Shown here one piece after another: positions 43,522 through 56,835 of a stretch of DNA of 64,000 nucleotides (its first letter is position 1; each line of letters starts with the position of its first letter). The position numbers and the translations under genes are program-made. Below the pieces are notes generated by a model that saw only the letters and a program-made list of their open reading frames with translations, was not told where the DNA came from and did no database searches. The stretch comes from Escherichia coli. GTDB lineage: Bacteria; Pseudomonadota; Gammaproteobacteria; Enterobacterales; Enterobacteriaceae. The stretch is taken from assembly GCF_024502345.1 (NCBI RefSeq), contig NZ_JALDNN010000001.1, one strand, 5' to 3'.

Positions 43522-44026
43522 ACCACCCCCACAAGTTCCGTCGTCACGCGGCCTCGCCTGAGGAAGTTCTTGCAAGACTTTGCAAGATATTGCGCCTAAT
43601 ATGCCAAAAGTCAAGAGTCAACATCCAGCGATCTGCTGGCCGATTGATGTGACTCAAATCTTCAAGGACGGTATGCCAGGGCGGGCCGGTCCGGCGCAGG
43701 GGACGGTGGGTTGATCGGGACCTTGCGGGCGCCGCCCACGGCCGCAGATCAAACACCGATCCTCACGTTGTAACCGAGCGCCCGCAGCCCCTTGCTCGTG
43801 CGCATGTTCCTTGGCGGAAACTCGTCTGGGCGCGCCCAGCCGACGATTTCCCCGAGGCTGCTCAGGCCAATGTGCGGAATTGCCCAGTCGTCGCTGCGGA
43901 TCGCGTTCCAGAGTCGGGCCGAAAAACCTCCGTTGCCCCAGACAACGTAGTTCAACAGTATCCGTCCTGCCAACACACCTTCCCGACACCGCCGCCGAAG
44001 GCCATGGCCCATCAAGCGGATTTTCC

Positions 44027-44399
44027 ATGCCCCCTCAGCGCCGTACCTACAGCAAATCTTTCAAGGCCCAGGTCATTCAGGAGTGTTCTGAACCCGGTGC
44101 CTCCATCGCAAACATCGCCTTGGGCTACAGCCTCAATGCCAACCTCGTCCACAAATGGATTCGGCTGCATACCCAGAAAACCACGGCTATCCAGCCAGCG
44201 TTCATCCCGTTGCCTTCTCAAATGCTCGGCGCGGGATCGCATGCTCAAGTGCGCTGCTGCGATCATGAGTTTGATCCAGTCGGCCCGTAATAATGGGCAC
44301 GATCCGTATGCCTATCTCAAGGATGTGCTGACACGGTTGCCGACGCAGCGGGCGAGTGAGATTGCAGAGCTGCTGCCGCATAGGTGGCATCCGGCATAG
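44027..44399 (+). mobile_element. IS66-family remnant (TnpA-like N-terminus fused to the last residues of a TnpC-like transposase)
   Basis: MPPQRRTYSKSFKAQVIQECSEPGASIANIALGYSLNANLVHKWIRL... then ...NGHDPYAYLKDVLTRLPTQRASEIAELLPHRWHPA; internal deletion inferred. Confidence 0.5.
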
Positions 44400-44659
44400 T
44401 CGCGCAAGACGGTCTGCCCGCACGCTTACGTTCAACAGCTCAAGCACCGTCCGCCCTTCGCGGGATCGTTGCCGCCAGAGCCACACGCCGAACTTTTCCA
44501 CCTTGTCGTCGCCGGCCTGCGGTCAGTCAGGCAAGCCCAGGTGCTTGTTTTCCTGCTTGATCGCGTGGTCTCGGATCGCGTGCACCCGGGAAACGGCATC
44601 CACGAACTGCCACCATCTCTTAGCTTGGCGGGGTCAAGCCAGCCGGGATGCCCGGACGG

Positions 44660-46497
<1,838 letters not shown>

Positions 46498-46505
<8 letters not shown>

Positions 46506-48000
46506 TCCATCTTCCTATCAATCGAATGAACGCAGTGGTCAGTGGTGCCACCCTGCTTTTTTCCAATCCACAACGCTTTTCCAGCTCCCAGCGCCTAGAC
46601 GTTATGCCTGTCTGTACATCCTTCAGCATCGCTGCAGTCAGGCGACGGATCTGATACTCGCCGACGGACTCGGCATAGCGATCCAGGAAGGTGCAGCAAA
46701 GAGGCAATTGATCGAGACGGTGCTCGACTGATGCCCGATGGGGTAGCTGCTGCAGGAACCAGTTGCGACTCCTGCGCGGAAGGCCCAGGTCTTCTTCGCT
46801 ACCTCTACCAATCCGGATCAGCAGGCGCACCAACCTTATGTCACGCGCTCGCCAGTCGATGTGGCTGTTGTTGCCCTGTCGGCGCTGCCTGACCTGGTTC
46901 GCAACCATCAGCCAGTGTCGGTCATGACGATAGAGCCAGGCGTAACATGCCCCTGCTCCGTCTTGCCTGGCTGCCTTGGCTCCACCGTGATTAGCCAGTG
47001 CTTGCAGCCAAATGGCTCGGTACTGCTGCTTTTGCTCAAACTCAGCAGGGAGCAGCTGCACTGACCGCTCGGAGGCAAGGTCGACCTGGCGAGTCTTCGC
47101 CTCGCTGATCAGCTCGCCAGCATGCTGGCCAGGGCGCAGGCTGGTCCAGACGATCAGATGCTGCAGCGCACTGAATCCCTTGCGATGCTTCCTGAACATC
47201 GCCAACAGCCAAGGTGGAGGCTCTCCGGATGTCAGCAGACCGTTCGCAGCAAGCCAATCCCTTTGATGGGATGCCAGGATCTTCTCCCAGATGACTTCAG
47301 CCCTGACCTGCCGGCCTCGCCTGGCGCCGCACTCTGTAGCCAGGTACCGGTACAGGTTGGTCCAGCGTCCGTAGCCAGGCGATTGCACCTCTTCGAGCGC
47401 CAGCAGCTGCATAGCAGCCTTGGCGAGCCTGATAGCCTCTTCGCCCACGGGACTCACGCGAAGATCACGGGGCAGAAACAGTGGAGAGGCTGTATGAAAC
47501 TCGTGCCGCTGCGCTCGACGGAACGGGATAGGTGAGTTCAGGAGCTGACAGCCATGCTCGGGACAGGCATCTATCCCTTGAATCTGCCAGCTGCGCCGCC
47601 AGTAGGGTTCACCGTAGCGCGCAGCCATATCTTCAAAGCAGATCGGGCAGTAACGCAGCCAATCGGGCCACTTGACCAAGGCCGTCGAGGCCCCAGACAG
47701 ACCAATCGTCGGCCGGTCGGGAGCAAGCATGGCCTGAAAAAGATCGGTACGGCGCTCCGGCGGAATGAAAGGGGCATAGAGCGGGAACAGCGTGTGATTC
47801 AGGATCATGCCTTCCGCATCCAAGCCCGTGTTGTTCGCCAACGCAGTCAGGTGTGTGGGCAGATCGGTGATCGCGGCAACCTTGCTGTCACCGAAAAGCA
47901 TGTGCAGCAAGGTCTTGTGGCTGCCTATCCCCAGATGTACCCGGCACCGGGCAATACCGCTGTAAAGCAGTTCGTCCGGGTAGAGCCTGGGGAAGTACAT
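46498..48000 (-). CDS. tnsD: Tn7 TnsD/TniQ-like target-selection protein
   Basis: 500-aa ORF MYFPRLYPDELLYSGIARC...; zinc-finger-like RYCPICF...CPEHGC; FRKHRKGFSALQHLIVW and YAWLYRHDRHWL blocks. Confidence 0.8.
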
Positions 48001-48001
48001 G

Positions 48002-49612
48002 TCAGCTCGCTCTCAGCAGAGGCCGTAGATCGAGGATCAAGCCAGCCTGCTTGAATCTGTCATAGGCCTCGCTTTCAGGCCCATCGGCATAACGTCGGCG
48101 CAGATCCTCCTCGGATAGGCACCCCCACTCCGTCCGCTTAACTCTGGAAATGCCGGGCCTCTTGGGAGCGTCCTGCGCGAGGTAGGCCGTGGCCTTGTGA
48201 ATCAGGGCCGCCAGCGGGATGTCCGGATTCTCCGCCAACAATTCATCGGCCATGGGAATGGCGATGTCCCTCGGGATTTCCATACCTTCGAGCAGGGCGG
48301 CCAACCGCTTTGCCTTGTCATCAGCCGGAGGGGCCGGTGGTTTAGGTTGGGGGACGCTATCCAGAGAGCGAGTCAGGGTCAGCAACCGTCCCTCGATCTC
48401 TGGCATCAGCAGGTCGTCATATTTGGCGATCAGCTCGGGCCTACCGCTCCGCAAGGCCGCCAGCATCGGATGGACCGGTTTGAACTCGTCCTCGAAAACC
48501 CTGCGCAGCAACAGCGGCTTAATGCACTCGACACCTGTCACTATCGCCCGGATCTGCGCCAGCGCGAACAGCTTGATGACGATGTCCATGACCCCTTGGG
48601 TGAGGTCGTACATCGTAGCCTCCAGTTCATCATCCAGCGGCGCCGCATTTCGCAGCCACTGATACTTCCAAAGCCGCTTCAACAGACGCTTCCAATGCTC
48701 GTCCCGAGGCAACCTATCCCAGCGGATGCTGCCCAACCCGGAGACCCGCCGAGCAGCCCGGAACGTGCGCTGGAAGAACTTGCTGGCCCGGTGGGTGCCG
48801 ACCTGAATGATCGGAACACCGATGGTGTTCACCAGCGACACGAAGAAATTGTGCATTTTTTCGGCACCACCGGAGCGTGCCTCGTTGAGGTTCTGAACCT
48901 CGTCGATGATCAGCACTCCGAGCGTGTGCAGATTGGCCAGCTGGCACATGGATGCCAGCAGACGTTTGGTACCCAGCTTCTTGCGTCCGTGGCTACGGCT
49001 GTAGTGGGTACCCAGGATCTTGTCTACTTCGTTGAAGAAGCTCAGGCACAGCTCATCCAAGTCACCGTCAATTGGGCAGTCGATCTTCAGGTAGACCAGT
49101 TGGGTGATGTCGTAATCAGGGTGATGGAGAGCTTGGGGGTACATGCCCAGAATCCGCTCCAGCGTGCGCGTCTTGCCGCAACCGGAGCAGCCGAACAGCG
49201 ACAGGCTGTTGGCCGTAGAGGAGACACTCTGGTACACCGCCGCATCCAGATCCTCCTCCTCGACACGGCGATAGCCATTCTGCAGGTGCGCATACCAGGC
49301 ACCGCTGGCCGGATTCCGACCGATGTACCCTTGACGGATCATCAGGCTGATCTTGCTCTCCAGCTCCAAGTGATGGCTCAGCGGCTGGAAGAAGCCGTGC
49401 AACAGGCGGGCAATCGCATGTGCCCTGAGCCGACCATCCAGAAGCGCCTCCTGCGGCTCGAAACCGGGAAGCTGCTGCAATAGATCGACCACCTCCTGCA
49501 GATCAGGAATCGGAGGCAATGCGCTGATGAGCGGATTGTCCTGATACTCGGGAAGCTGCTGCTCCTGGTAACGCGCCAGGGGAATGACTCCGCGCTGGAA
49601 TTCTTCAGTCAT
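48002..49612 (-). CDS. tnsC: Tn7 TnsC-like AAA+ transposition regulator
   Basis: 536-aa ORF with Walker A GCSGCGKT and Walker B LIIDEVQNL. Confidence 0.85.
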   Translation of the reverse strand: MTEEFQRGVIPLARYQEQQLPEYQDNPLISALPPIPDLQEVVDLLQQLPGFEPQEALLDGRLRAHAIARLLHGFFQPLSHHLELESKISLMIRQGYIGRNPASGAWYAHLQNGYRRVEEEDLDAAVYQSVSSTANSLSLFGCSGCGKTRTLERILGMYPQALHHPDYDITQLVYLKIDCPIDGDLDELCLSFFNEVDKILGTHYSRSHGRKKLGTKRLLASMCQLANLHTLGVLIIDEVQNLNEARSGGAEKMHNFFVSLVNTIGVPIIQVGTHRASKFFQRTFRAARRVSGLGSIRWDRLPRDEHWKRLLKRLWKYQWLRNAAPLDDELEATMYDLTQGVMDIVIKLFALAQIRAIVTGVECIKPLLLRRVFEDEFKPVHPMLAALRSGRPELIAKYDDLLMPEIEGRLLTLTRSLDSVPQPKPPAPPADDKAKRLAALLEGMEIPRDIAIPMADELLAENPDIPLAALIHKATAYLAQDAPKRPGISRVKRTEWGCLSEEDLRRRYADGPESEAYDRFKQAGLILDLRPLLRAS

Positions 49613-51692
49613 CCTCTTCCTCCTTGAATATCAGGTCACTGAGATCTGGGAAGGCATAATCTTCCTGCTTCTCGCCCCGCAGTGGGATCACCTCGGCTGG
49701 CTTTTCCTGCTGTGCTTTATCCGGTTTGAATGCTGTTTTCTGGCGTTCCTGGCGCTTTTCCTGCTGCTTGTTCTCGCGGATCTGGGTTCCCAGATCCTTC
49801 GTGGTCATACCCGTTTTGAGCGGACTGGCATCCTCTGCCTGGGCAACGATGGACTCGATCTGCTTCAGAAGATTGCCTCTCTCTACCAAAGCTTCCGCCG
49901 CCGCGTTGGTATCGCTACGCCGTTCCTCTCTGGACAGCAGCCAGACATCCCAGAAGGTCATCCCCCTGAAGCGTCGACTGCGGTCGGCAAGATCGCAAAC
50001 CCAGTAGTCCTTGAGACTATTGGACGGCCGCAGGTAGATGTGGTCGGCGCTACGCGGATCGTATGCGACCGTTACCCCTGTCGGCCGGCGCCCCTGGCCT
50101 CGGTGAAACCAACCCTCCCTGATTGCTTCCTGGCAGGTGTAGAAGCAGCCGAACAGTCTGATTCCCAGCTCCGAAACCGTGGCCGACTCATGGGGCAAGA
50201 GATTTATCCGCACCAGCTCCTCGGGCGCAGTACGTAACCGGCCGGTCAAGTTGGCCAAGCCCCAGTTCCACAGCATGACCGGGATGGCTGGCAGATCGCC
50301 CGGCATACCAGAGGTTCTGTCGTATTTGCTCAAGGTATGAAAGTTGTTGTGGTAGAGGATGCCGGCAATGATGATCTGGGTGAACTCGGGCAAGGTCAGA
50401 CTGGCATCAAGTCTGTAGTCGTGGCCACCCCGCTTCCGGCTGGTGGTGTCCTCGACCACACCGCTGGCATAGGGCTTGAAACGCTCCTGCACCGTCCGGA
50501 AATAACGCTCGACGATCCCCTTGGCATCTCCTCGCCTGGCCGGTGCATTCTCGATGCGAACGCCGAAGGCTTGGGAAAATGCTTCCACCTTGGTGCCATT
50601 CAGTTCGCCCTTATCGGCCAGCACCACATCCGGCAAGCCTTTGACCGGCCAGTCGCTGGCATCGATCTCCACGCTATACTGGCGGCAATACTCAACCTTG
50701 TCGGCGACCGTGTTGGCCAATGCCACCATGGCACTGACCCAGGAAGGTCCCTCGAATCCGACGTACATACCAACGACCATGCGGCTGAACACGTCGATCA
50801 CCATGTAAACGACAGGCCTGCCGACGATAAGGCTGCGATCATGTTCTGAAACCAGATAGATATCGGCGATGGTGGCATCGATCTGGTAGCGGTATCCTGG
50901 CCCCAGTGCCTCGGTCGTCGATGTACTGCTGAGCGGTCGGAAGTCCTTGGCAAAATCCACTGCGGACACCCTGCATGGCAAGGTGTCGGTGAAGTGATAT
51001 TCGCGCCCATAGAAGTAACGGAACTGCCCCAATGTAGGCAGTTCGGAGGTCGGCAGCTCCGTCAGAACAGCACGGAGCAGATTCAGCCCGGCGGCGTAGG
51101 CATCAGGAATGGACGGATGTTTTTCCTTGAGCAAACGTTCCTCGATGACCCGGCGAAAAATGCGCTCGATGTCCGGCGTGACATTGCTCCCTTTCCCCTC
51201 CATCACCACTCTGGGCCTGCCCAGCTTGGCCTGGTTCGGCTTTCTGCGCTTGCCACGGGCGCCCGAGTTGACATAGTCCGGCAAGAGGGCATTCCTGCAC
51301 ATGCCTCGCTGCCAGTAGCGCCTCAGTAACCTATACACCGTCTGATTGGTGACACCATGGCGCTCCATGATGCCTCTGACAATGAGCCCTCTGGGGCGCC
51401 GCACGAAAAGCTGGGGGTTGTGCACAAAATCCGCCAGCATTCCCCAAGCTTCATCACGCTTCTGCTGATCAAGGGAACCTTCCTCAACCTCCCGTAGGAC
51501 TGTTTCCTCGAAGGGATCGGCAATGCTCTCCAGCTCCCGCTCCATGATCAGACGCTCCAGCTCTACAATCGATATCGGTTCGGGCAACGCCGTGTCCGAA
51601 TCGATATCGATCCAGATTGCCTGCTCGGTACCGGACCAAAGCAGGCGCTTTCGCAGTTCCCCCATCCGGAACACCTGATTAACGGGCAACAC
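49605..51692 (-). CDS. tnsB: Tn7 TnsB-like DDE transposase
   Basis: 695-aa ORF with YQIDATIADIYLV, VLADKGE and GIVERYFRT blocks matching the Tn7 TnsB catalytic region. Confidence 0.9.
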   Translation of the reverse strand: MLPVNQVFRMGELRKRLLWSGTEQAIWIDIDSDTALPEPISIVELERLIMERELESIADPFEETVLREVEEGSLDQQKRDEAWGMLADFVHNPQLFVRRPRGLIVRGIMERHGVTNQTVYRLLRRYWQRGMCRNALLPDYVNSGARGKRRKPNQAKLGRPRVVMEGKGSNVTPDIERIFRRVIEERLLKEKHPSIPDAYAAGLNLLRAVLTELPTSELPTLGQFRYFYGREYHFTDTLPCRVSAVDFAKDFRPLSSTSTTEALGPGYRYQIDATIADIYLVSEHDRSLIVGRPVVYMVIDVFSRMVVGMYVGFEGPSWVSAMVALANTVADKVEYCRQYSVEIDASDWPVKGLPDVVLADKGELNGTKVEAFSQAFGVRIENAPARRGDAKGIVERYFRTVQERFKPYASGVVEDTTSRKRGGHDYRLDASLTLPEFTQIIIAGILYHNNFHTLSKYDRTSGMPGDLPAIPVMLWNWGLANLTGRLRTAPEELVRINLLPHESATVSELGIRLFGCFYTCQEAIREGWFHRGQGRRPTGVTVAYDPRSADHIYLRPSNSLKDYWVCDLADRSRRFRGMTFWDVWLLSREERRSDTNAAAEALVERGNLLKQIESIVAQAEDASPLKTGMTTKDLGTQIRENKQQEKRQERQKTAFKPDKAQQEKPAEVIPLRGEKQEDYAFPDLSDLIFKEEEDD

Positions 51693-52506
51693 TGCTCAGC
51701 TCCTGATGCATTTGATGAGAGTTGGCAACCAGGTCTTTCGGCTTCAGCTCCCGGTAAGGAGTGTCAAGATCGAAAAGGAAACAGTGCCGGGCCAGCAACT
51801 GGCGTAGCCAATAGAGCGCCTGACCGGCCTCCAGCTGGCCGGAGGTATCCAGTCCTTGGGCAATAGCGGTCAGCTTCCGGTCTGGGTGACGCTGAAACTC
51901 GAGCAGAAACAGCTGCTGGTAATGGGCGAGATCGTCCTGAGCGATGTCGCCTTCAGCATGGGCAGGATAGAGCCATTGGATATTGGCAAATGCCACCTTG
52001 GATACCTCGCGCTCCGTAACGATGACCCAGGGAATACCTTTTTCCTGCCAGTAGCGCCTTTCAAGCTCAAGCCTCTCGATAACTTCAGGCTTCTGCAGGT
52101 CGGTACTGTACTTGGCCTGAATCGCGATGCTCGGGCGCTGAGGATCTTCGAAATCCACCAGAAAGTCGCTGGTCAGTACCTGCGGGGTACCCTTGTAACA
52201 ACCGTGGGGCAGGCCAAGCTCCTCGGCGATGCGCACCGTATCTTCGACCCGCATCGGAAACTGTTCACGGATATCGGTGACATGGGGAGACCGATCCAAG
52301 GTCAGGAAGATGGCCAGTTCAAGATCGGATAGAAGATGGTGTAAACGCCGGGTCTTGCTGCCAGGCAGGCGGTGGGAGCGACCCAGCGAGGACACGTCCC
52401 TTGTGTAGATGAACGGCTTGTAGTCTGATCCCTGGCCTTGACCACGCCCGTCCTTGAGCCTTCTATCGATCTGGGCCTGGGTCAGCCCCTTGAATGTTCC
52501 AGACAT
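51679..52506 (-). CDS. tnsA: Tn7 TnsA-like endonuclease
   Basis: 275-aa ORF MSGTFKGLTQAQIDRRLKDGRGQGQGSDYKPF...HHLLSDLELAIFL...TSDFLVDF...AIQAKYS; sits just inside the right transposon end. Confidence 0.9.
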   Translation of the reverse strand: MSGTFKGLTQAQIDRRLKDGRGQGQGSDYKPFIYTRDVSSLGRSHRLPGSKTRRLHHLLSDLELAIFLTLDRSPHVTDIREQFPMRVEDTVRIAEELGLPHGCYKGTPQVLTSDFLVDFEDPQRPSIAIQAKYSTDLQKPEVIERLELERRYWQEKGIPWVIVTEREVSKVAFANIQWLYPAHAEGDIAQDDLAHYQQLFLLEFQRHPDRKLTAIAQGLDTSGQLEAGQALYWLRQLLARHCFLFDLDTPYRELKPKDLVANSHQMHQELSSVAR

Positions 52507-52562
52507 GAGAAAGCCTGCCCCCGCTGTGTCGATGACCTCAACATAGCGGATGCAGGCTCAGA

Positions 52563-52626
52563 ATGAAACTTTATTTATACGGATGATACTTTATTTATAC
52601 GGATGAACCTTTATTTGCATCCCACA
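52563..52626. repeat. Tn7-like right end with three contiguous TnsB-binding-type repeats
   Basis: Reverse complement reads TGTGGGATGCAAATAAAGGTTCATCC-GTATAAATAAAGTATCATCC-GTATAAATAAAGTTTCATTC. Confidence 0.75.
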
Positions 52627-52703
52627 CATTTTACTTAAGGCATAAGCGGTAGAGTTGAGTGATAACCCTTCCATAATTTCATTTTCTAACACACTAATTT
52701 AAT

Positions 52704-53069
52704 TTAGTGTGAATTTCCACTTTTAGTCATTATCGCTATCGCTTCATCGATAGTCGGTATTGTAAAGAGAGAATTCTCTCTACAATCCTTGCGAATAACC
52801 TTCCTGTTTTTTTGAACAGAAATATTTTCGCACCAGGCTAATGTCCCGGTGAAATGCTTTTCTTCCATCCTCATATCTAGAAAAGCAAGTCGATCATTAA
52901 GGGATTGCATATCTTCAGTTACAGTAGAGGGACCTGATTCTAACAGTTCCAGACGGCTTTCCACATCAGCAACCTTGCCTTTAACCTGTGAGACGTCTTC
53001 TGCTAACTTTTCATGTCTGTGGATAGTATCAGCAAGTGCTCGTGAGTTTTGGGCGAATATCTCAGCCAT
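52704..53069 (-). CDS. Hypothetical protein, unknown function
   Basis: 121-aa ORF just outside the Tn7-like right end; coiled-coil-like N-terminus; may be a gene fragment. Confidence 0.3.
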   Translation of the reverse strand: MAEIFAQNSRALADTIHRHEKLAEDVSQVKGKVADVESRLELLESGPSTVTEDMQSLNDRLAFLDMRMEEKHFTGTLAWCENISVQKNRKVIRKDCRENSLFTIPTIDEAIAIMTKSGNSH

Positions 53070-53562
53070 TTGCGCTAAGGCAGATCCTTTCGCTTCTGGT
53101 GGAGGTGGGTATATATACCTAATGCTTAGTCAACGACAGTATGACCTCATGGAATAACCATTTTTGAAAGTGCTCACCAGCTGCGCTTCGGTCGCTCGAC
53201 ATGACTCAATACAAACCTAGTTGGAGCTATAACTTTCGCCGTAGGAATTAATGACCATTATTTGGCCAGCATCAACAGGCTGGCCATCTAAAGTAACAAG
53301 TCGTTTAGTTGCACGCTCTGGAAAGATAATATCCTTTGACTGCCTATCTTCTTCAATGTCCTTTAGTACCTTAGCCAAGGAGGTTTTCAATGTTCCATGG
53401 GGCGCATACAAAGAGCACACGCCGTCAATGCTATTAATTCTGGTAAAGTCTAACTACTCCACCAGTTTATTGATGCTGTAACAGTTCTCCAGATCCAGTC
53501 CAAGTTTCATTTCGACTTCTTTTTCAAATCGTTCATTTCAAAAAACTGTGAATTAACACAGC

Positions 53563-55216
53563 TCACGCATACCTGCTTGAAAACTCGTCCATCGAATTAG
53601 ATACCGTAAAATTCACCTCATCACCCAGTGCTTCAAAATGTGCATAACCACATTTTATTTTGGCATTTTCCTCCGGACGTCGTTCCACCGAGAAAAGCGT
53701 GCTTTTGGTTTCGACAACGAAATAGAGCTTTTCTTTTCCGTCCTTTTCGATCAGCACCGCCCAGTCGGGGTTGTAACCGCCTAATGGGGTATCGATTTTG
53801 AACCAACTAGGGAGTTTGGCGTAAAGTTTGATATCCTCGTTTCGCTCGAAGGCCGAGGCGAATTCCAATTCGATATCAGAGTCGTAAACCACGTGGTCGA
53901 AGACGGACTTCGTCATACCAGCGGTAGTTGGCGACCTTGTCGATAAAAAACAGGCTCAGCACCTTAATGCCCTGTGGGCGCAGGCGCATTTCTTTATCGA
54001 GATGCTCTTCAATGGTTTTGCGGATCTGCAGGCGTTTAAATTCATCCGGATCAACTTCTCCCAAGGCCTGACCCAGTTTCAGAATATCGGGCTTACTGGT
54101 AAAGCTGATGTATTCATTGCCCTGTTCGCAGTAGATGTCATCAATAATGTAGCCGTCATATACATCGCGGCCACCGCTGTACCTGGCATCCAGCAAATCC
54201 GCTCCGCTGGTCACCGTGACTTCCTTGCGCTTAATGCTGCCATTCTTCAGGCGAGCATCAATTTCGATTTTGGCACTGATCGGGCTTTTTTTATTGTTCA
54301 CACTGACCAGCTTGATAAAGGCCTTATTGTGGCCGTCCTTAACCTCAATGCCTGCCACTTCAATCTGCTTAACCAGTTTTTGCTCGTAGGCATCAACTGA
54401 ATCAAGCTTGTAGAGCATATGGTGCTTTTCCACATGGGTAGCTGAATAACGCAGTGTACACATGGGATTAAGCGAGGCGATGGCCTCTTTACTCTTATCT
54501 GTGGTGTCAACACTCTGCGGCTCATCGACAATCACAATTGGGTTGGTTTGCTGGATAAATTCGATCGGCTTGGCACCGGTCATCCGGTCGTGTGCCCGGT
54601 GAATGATGTTGGCTTTGTTCTCTTGCTCCGGGTCGCTAAAGCTTTTCCGGAAGGCATCGATATTGATGACCATGATCTGAATGTCAGGGCTGGTCGCAAA
54701 GTTACGCACATCCGACAGCTTACTGGAATCGTAGGTGAAATAGTCGAAGGCAACGTTTTCGTACAGCTCTTTAAAATGAGTCGCCGTAATTTCCAGTGAC
54801 TTCTGCACTCCTTCTTTAATGGCGATGGACGGCACCACGATAATAAACTTGGTAAAGCCATAGAGCCGGTTCATTTCGAAAACTGTACGCAGGTAAACAT
54901 AGGTTTTACCCGTTCCGGTTTCCATTTCCACGGTTAAGTGAATGCCGTATTTCGAGTCAAATGACTCTGACGGCGCGAGGCCATTTTTCAGCTGTATTTT
55001 GCGGATATTGGCATGGATGTCTTCATCCAGCAGGCGTAGGCGGTTACCAATACCCAGGGTATCTTCCTGAATACCATGAAACAGCGAGCCTTCTTCCCAG
55101 GAATGCAGCGGTGCTACCGTAAAGTTGGTCTGGCAGATTTCCTGGCCGGCGAATACGCCCGTTACTGACTCAATCGCATCACGCTGATAGCCAAGGTGAT
55201 AGCTGTAACTCTTCAA
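53563..55216 (-). pseudogene. Type III restriction Res-like helicase/endonuclease, frameshifted and internally deleted
   Basis: 446-aa ORF with helicase motif I (EMETGTGKTYVY), IVIVDEPQ and KVLSLFFIDKVANYR, overlapping a 117-aa ORF with a PD-(D/E)xK-like core (GGYNPDWAVLIEKDG...LYFVVETKS); the expected C-terminal helicase motifs are missing. Confidence 0.65.
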
Positions 55217-55700
55217 TGACCCACTTTGCTTGATCCGCTCTGTTTATGCGCTTGTCCGCCAGGCAGATAGCCAGTTGTTCTTTGTCGTGTTGTTTTTCGC
55301 GTACGTTTGAATCCGAATCGCCAGTGCCCTCTGTGCCTTTGTTTTCAGCGTGCACAAAGAAAATTACTAATGGGTAAGGTATCGCCCTGTTGATCAGCTG
55401 ACCAATTCGTTCTGCGCTTTTGGTATTGCTTAATTCCACGTGCAGAAAGGCCAGCTCACCATAGTCGCGCAGGTCGTCACTAAAAGGCGCGATATTGATG
55501 GTGCTGGGCTTTAGGGTGTAGAGCCAACGGATTTTATCAACATCGTCCTTCAGAGCCTTTTTGTCTTTAGCGTCCAGGTCGGCGTGCTCCTGAAACATCT
55601 TTTTGAACAGGGGCTTATTGAGCACACAGCTATTGGGCACGTTCAAGCCTTCCAGAAAGGCTTCGAATTGTGGCAAGCCTAACCTCATATCAGACATCAC
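55179..55700 (-). CDS. Hypothetical protein coupled upstream of the Res-like gene
   Basis: 173-aa ORF whose stop overlaps the Res-like start; no family recognised with confidence. Confidence 0.45.
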   Translation of the reverse strand: MMSDMRLGLPQFEAFLEGLNVPNSCVLNKPLFKKMFQEHADLDAKDKKALKDDVDKIRWLYTLKPSTINIAPFSDDLRDYGELAFLHVELSNTKSAERIGQLINRAIPYPLVIFFVHAENKGTEGTGDSDSNVREKQHDKEQLAICLADKRINRADQAKWVIEELQLSPWLSA

Positions 55701-56337
55701 GCTCTCCTTGACCTTCTGTTCCCTGAGTAACGGCTGTCAATATCAGGTAGGACACCACCATAAAGTCTTCAATGCCCTGACTGGAGGTGGCGGTAAGTAC
55801 AGTACCGCCTTTGGCAAACAGGCTTTCAATGCCTTTTTCTTCGCTCTTCCCGGCAATGCTATCTACAGCGACAGCTAATAGGTGCTGAAAGTGGCTCATA
55901 TCACACCCGTGGCGTGTCATGCGGTTAACTTCGGTGATGGCGGGTTGATCGGGCACTTTGTGCTTAAAGGCTTCACGCTTGAGCAGATCGAGTATCTTTT
56001 TACTTTGGGTGAAGTTCAGCTCAACTACAGTGCTGCCTTCGGCATCAGCGGTCACGTAGATCAGGAAGTAAGGTGCCAGCGGGTAATTATCATCTACCTG
56101 AACCGCTTCTTTACCGCTGCGGATATTCTTCAGGCAGAAGATGACGCCGGGTTTGATGCCATCGGCGACCATATCTTCGTCAATGCTGACGGCGGCATAC
56201 AGGCCTAGCGGTGTTTGCTCCAGCGTTGCGAGACGGGCCTTATCGTTCATGTAGCCTGACAGATCCATGCGGAAGTCATTGAGGGTAAGGTCGGTAATGG
56301 ATACCGGATGGGGCGTGGAGGATATGGTAGCAACCAT
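55690..56337 (-). CDS. Hypothetical protein, first gene of the Res-like module, possibly 5'-truncated
   Basis: ORF overlaps the start of the 173-aa gene; the upstream in-frame extension runs into unrelated GC-rich DNA and no convincing RBS precedes Met at 56337. Confidence 0.4.
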   Translation of the reverse strand: MVATISSTPHPVSITDLTLNDFRMDLSGYMNDKARLATLEQTPLGLYAAVSIDEDMVADGIKPGVIFCLKNIRSGKEAVQVDDNYPLAPYFLIYVTADAEGSTVVELNFTQSKKILDLLKREAFKHKVPDQPAITEVNRMTRHGCDMSHFQHLLAVAVDSIAGKSEEKGIESLFAKGGTVLTATSSQGIEDFMVVSYLILTAVTQGTEGQGERDV

Positions 56338-56835
56338 GATGCGCTGTCTGCCGGACCGCGCCACCAGCCCAGTAGCGACACAGTTGCACGGGAGGCTCTG
56401 CACGGAGCCGGTAAAGTCGCAGGCCCGTGACGGCTTCGGTGAGGCGGTGGGGCGGGTGTTCGATACGGCAGAGTCATCGTCATTCCTGCCTGCGCCGCTG
56501 AAGACGGTGATACGTACCGTGCGTGATGCGGTGGTGTCTGTAGCCCGCGCGGTCTGGGACTGGATCTTCTTCTGAATGAGTAAAAGGTCATCAGCGTTGT
56601 AGTGGATGGCTCTGTTTATTCACAGCCTGGTGGATGATTATTTTAAAGCAGACACAACCTGTCCTGACCAGCAAAAGATATCACCAGTCATAAGCGCGTC
56701 ACCACTGCCGACGTTGCATCCACGCAGTCTTCTCGCGCCAGGCGTTTCGCTACGTATCACGGACATAACCTGTCAGTCTCATCCTTTACAGTAATACCTT
56801 CTTAATTAATCAATTACCAAACACGGAGATAATAC

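Noticed and set aside
43749-44015. 88-aa reverse-strand ORF between the island regulator gene and the IS66-type remnant
   Set aside because: No recognisable family, GC-rich context prone to spurious ORFs, and overlapped by the IS66-like reading frame on the other strand; left uncalled.
52563-52626. Tandem ~20-bp repeats considered as a possible CRISPR-like or iteron array
   Set aside because: Only three units with no spacers, at a transposon terminus, with matching copies at the opposite end in inverted orientation; better explained as transposase-binding sites.
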